Shown here: positions 62,134-64,000 of the stretch, one piece after another
Position numbering within the stretch: position 1 is the first letter of the stretch
How the letters are laid out: every line of letters starts with the position of its first letter
From: Podarcis liolepis
Taxonomy: Eukaryota
Assembly (NCBI GenBank): GCA_965112155.1
Contig: OZ218105.1
DNA: 64,000 bases
Strand: one strand, 5' to 3'
Notes under the pieces: model-generated
The model's input: only the letters and a program-made list of their open reading frames with translations
Told to the model about the DNA's origin: nothing
Database searches by the model: none
Position numbers and translations under genes: made by a program

Positions 62134-63999
62134 TTATGTATAGTGAGATAAGAATCCAATGTCTTTGTTAAGCCCAGGTCTTTTCATGGTTTTAAGTTTG
62201 GTAATGAGTTGTAATTCAGCAGCTTCTCTTTCCAGTCTATTTCTGAAATTCCTTTGTAGTAAAACAGCTACTTTGAGATCTTGTATAGAATGCCCTGGGA
62301 GATTGAAGTGTTCTCCTACTGGTTTCTCTGTTCTGTGATTCTTGATGTCAGATTTATGTCCGTTTATTCTTTGGCGTAAGGTTTGGCCTGTTTGTCCAAT
62401 ATAGAGAGCTGAAGGACACTGTTGGCATTTGATGGCATACACAATGTTAGACGATGAGCAATTAAATAGTCCCGAGATGGTATGTGTGATGTTGTTGGGG
62501 CCAGTAATGGTGTTGTCCGGGTGTATGTGGCAGCAAAGTTGGCATCTGGGTTTATTGCAGGCTCTGGTGCCAGTGTCTGTGTTAAGTCTGGTTGTAGTAT
62601 TATTGTGGGTTAGGAGTTGTTTAAGATTGGGTGGCTGTCTGTAGGCAATGAAAGGTCTTCCTCCCAGAGCTTGAGAAAGAGAACTGTCATTGTCCAGGAG
62701 AGGTTGTAGATCTCTGATGATGCGTTGTACTGTTTTAACTTGGGAGCTGTATGTGATGACTAGAGGTGTTCTGTTATTTTCTTTTTTGGGTCTGTCTTGC
62801 AGCAAGTTCTCTCTGGGTATCAGTCTGGCTCTGTTGATCTGTTGTCTAACTTCATCTGCTGGGTATTTTAGTTCTGAGAAGGTTTGCTGTAGATCCCTTA
62901 GGTGAGAGTCTCTGTCTGTAGAATTGGAACAGATGCGGCTGTAACGTAGTGCCTGGCTATATACAATGGACTGTTTGGTATGTTTGGGATGGTAGCTAGA
63001 GGCATGTAGATATGTTTGTCGGTCAGTTGGTTTGCGGTATAAGGTGGTGTCTATGCGCCCATCCTGTATTTTTATAGTAGTGTCCAAAAAATGTATTTCT
63101 TGCATAGATTGATTCATTGTAAGGTTGATTGTGGGGTGAAAATCATTGAATTTCTGGTGAAAGGTGTCCAGGGTCTGTTGACCATGTGTCCAGATGATAA
63201 AAATATCATCAATGTATCGCAGGTACAAGAGAGGTTTGAGTGGGTAGGAGTTCAGGAAACGTTGTTCTAAATCTGCCATGAAGATGTTGGCATACTGTGG
63301 GGCCATGCGGGTGCCCATTGCTGTGCCGCTGATCTGAAGAAACAGGTCATCACCGAATTTGAAGTTGTTGTGGGTAAGGACAAATTGGCAGAGTTTGGTG
63401 GCAAGGTCCGCTGTGGTTTTATCTGATATGGTGTTCCTTATGGCTTGTAAACCATCGTTGTGTGGGATGTTGGTGTACAGAGATTCCACATCCATAGTAG
63501 CTAGTATAGTGTTGTCGGGAAGATTATTTAAAGATTGTATTTTCCTCAGAAAATCTGTGGTGTCACGTACATAGCTGGGAGCATTGATGGCATATGGTTT
63601 CAGAACAGAGTCCATATAACCGGAGACACCCACTGTAACAGTGCCAATACCTGAAATGATGGGGCGTCCTGGATTTCCTGGTTTGTGTATTTTGGGTAGA
63701 AGATAGAAAGTTCCTGGTCGAGGTTCTGTTGGTGTGTTGGTGAGGATCTGTTCTTGGATGTGTGGGGGTAGCTCCTTAACAATCTTGTTTAGTTCTTTCT
63801 TGTATTCTTGTGTGGGGTCTGAGTCCAATTTTGTGTAAAAGGCGGTATTGGAAAGTTGTTTGTGAGCCTCCTGAATGTAGTCAGTTTTGTTCATGATGAC
63901 GACAGCTCCACCTTTGTCTGCTTCTTTAATTATAATGTCTGGGTTGTTTCTGAGATTATTTATGGCTCTCCTTTCAGCATGGTTTAGATTTTGTTGTAA
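62134..63999 (-). CDS. Neptune-type PLE polyprotein RT + GIY-YIG endonuclease (5' part outside window)
   Basis: Stop-free for at least 621 codons: ADKGGAVV, YLLPKIHK, GRPIIS, MDVESLYTNI, GTAMGTRMAP, YLRYIDDIF, FLDT, YRKPTD, IVYAIKCQQC..YIGQT..RINGH, RE..LI, GLN. Confidence 0.92.
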   Translation of the reverse strand, partial: LQQNLNHAERRAINNLRNNPDIIIKEADKGGAVVIMNKTDYIQEAHKQLSNTAFYTKLDSDPTQEYKKELNKIVKELPPHIQEQILTNTPTEPRPGTFYLLPKIHKPGNPGRPIISGIGTVTVGVSGYMDSVLKPYAINAPSYVRDTTDFLRKIQSLNNLPDNTILATMDVESLYTNIPHNDGLQAIRNTISDKTTADLATKLCQFVLTHNNFKFGDDLFLQISGTAMGTRMAPQYANIFMADLEQRFLNSYPLKPLLYLRYIDDIFIIWTHGQQTLDTFHQKFNDFHPTINLTMNQSMQEIHFLDTTIKIQDGRIDTTLYRKPTDRQTYLHASSYHPKHTKQSIVYSQALRYSRICSNSTDRDSHLRDLQQTFSELKYPADEVRQQINRARLIPRENLLQDRPKKENNRTPLVITYSSQVKTVQRIIRDLQPLLDNDSSLSQALGGRPFIAYRQPPNLKQLLTHNNTTTRLNTDTGTRACNKPRCQLCCHIHPDNTITGPNNITHTISGLFNCSSSNIVYAIKCQQCPSALYIGQTGQTLRQRINGHKSDIKNHRTEKPVGEHFNLPGHSIQDLKVAVLLQRNFRNRLEREAAELQLITKLKTMKRPGLNKDIGFLSHYT

Positions 64000-64000
64000 G

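Larger units (their letters stand above)
61862..64000 (-). mobile_element. Penelope-like element (Neptune-type), runs off window
   Basis: RT + Cys-rich linker (CNKPRCQLC...C) + GIY-YIG; 3' region carries a hammerhead motif. Confidence 0.95.

Overview
Vertebrate (squamate, probably lacertid lizard, judged from Sauria SINE, Squam3-like SINE, BovB and CR1 content) genomic DNA. Two convergent protein-coding genes: NSMAF/FAN on + (coding exons 2-31 at 5331-32930; exon 1 lies upstream of the window) and SDCBP/syntenin-1 on - (non-coding exon 1 in a CpG island near 46.9 kb; CDS 41647-34496, 297 aa). The introns and intergenic DNA hold many hAT and Tc1/mariner MITEs, SINEs and CR1/L1/BovB fragments, several of them nested. 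The most striking region is 57.9-64 kb, a cluster of Penelope-like retroelements (PLEs). It contains (i) a near-perfect 3.36-kb head-to-head palindrome of a 5'-truncated Poseidon-type PLE, with two 1674-bp arms, an 8-nt spacer, a hammerhead ribozyme motif at each outer end and a junction that creates in-frame ATGs on both strands, and (ii) an uninterrupted Neptune-type RT + GIY-YIG ORF with its own minimal hammerhead. Also notable: a Tc2/pogo-type MITE packed with GC-rich hairpins in NSMAF intron 25, a 120-bp near-identical intra-gene duplication, and a template-switch hairpin next to NSMAF exon 5. Two assembly gaps (16396-16533, 57797-57932). Most short ORFs in the supplied track are spurious. 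All calls were made by eye and from recalled family knowledge; no searches were run.
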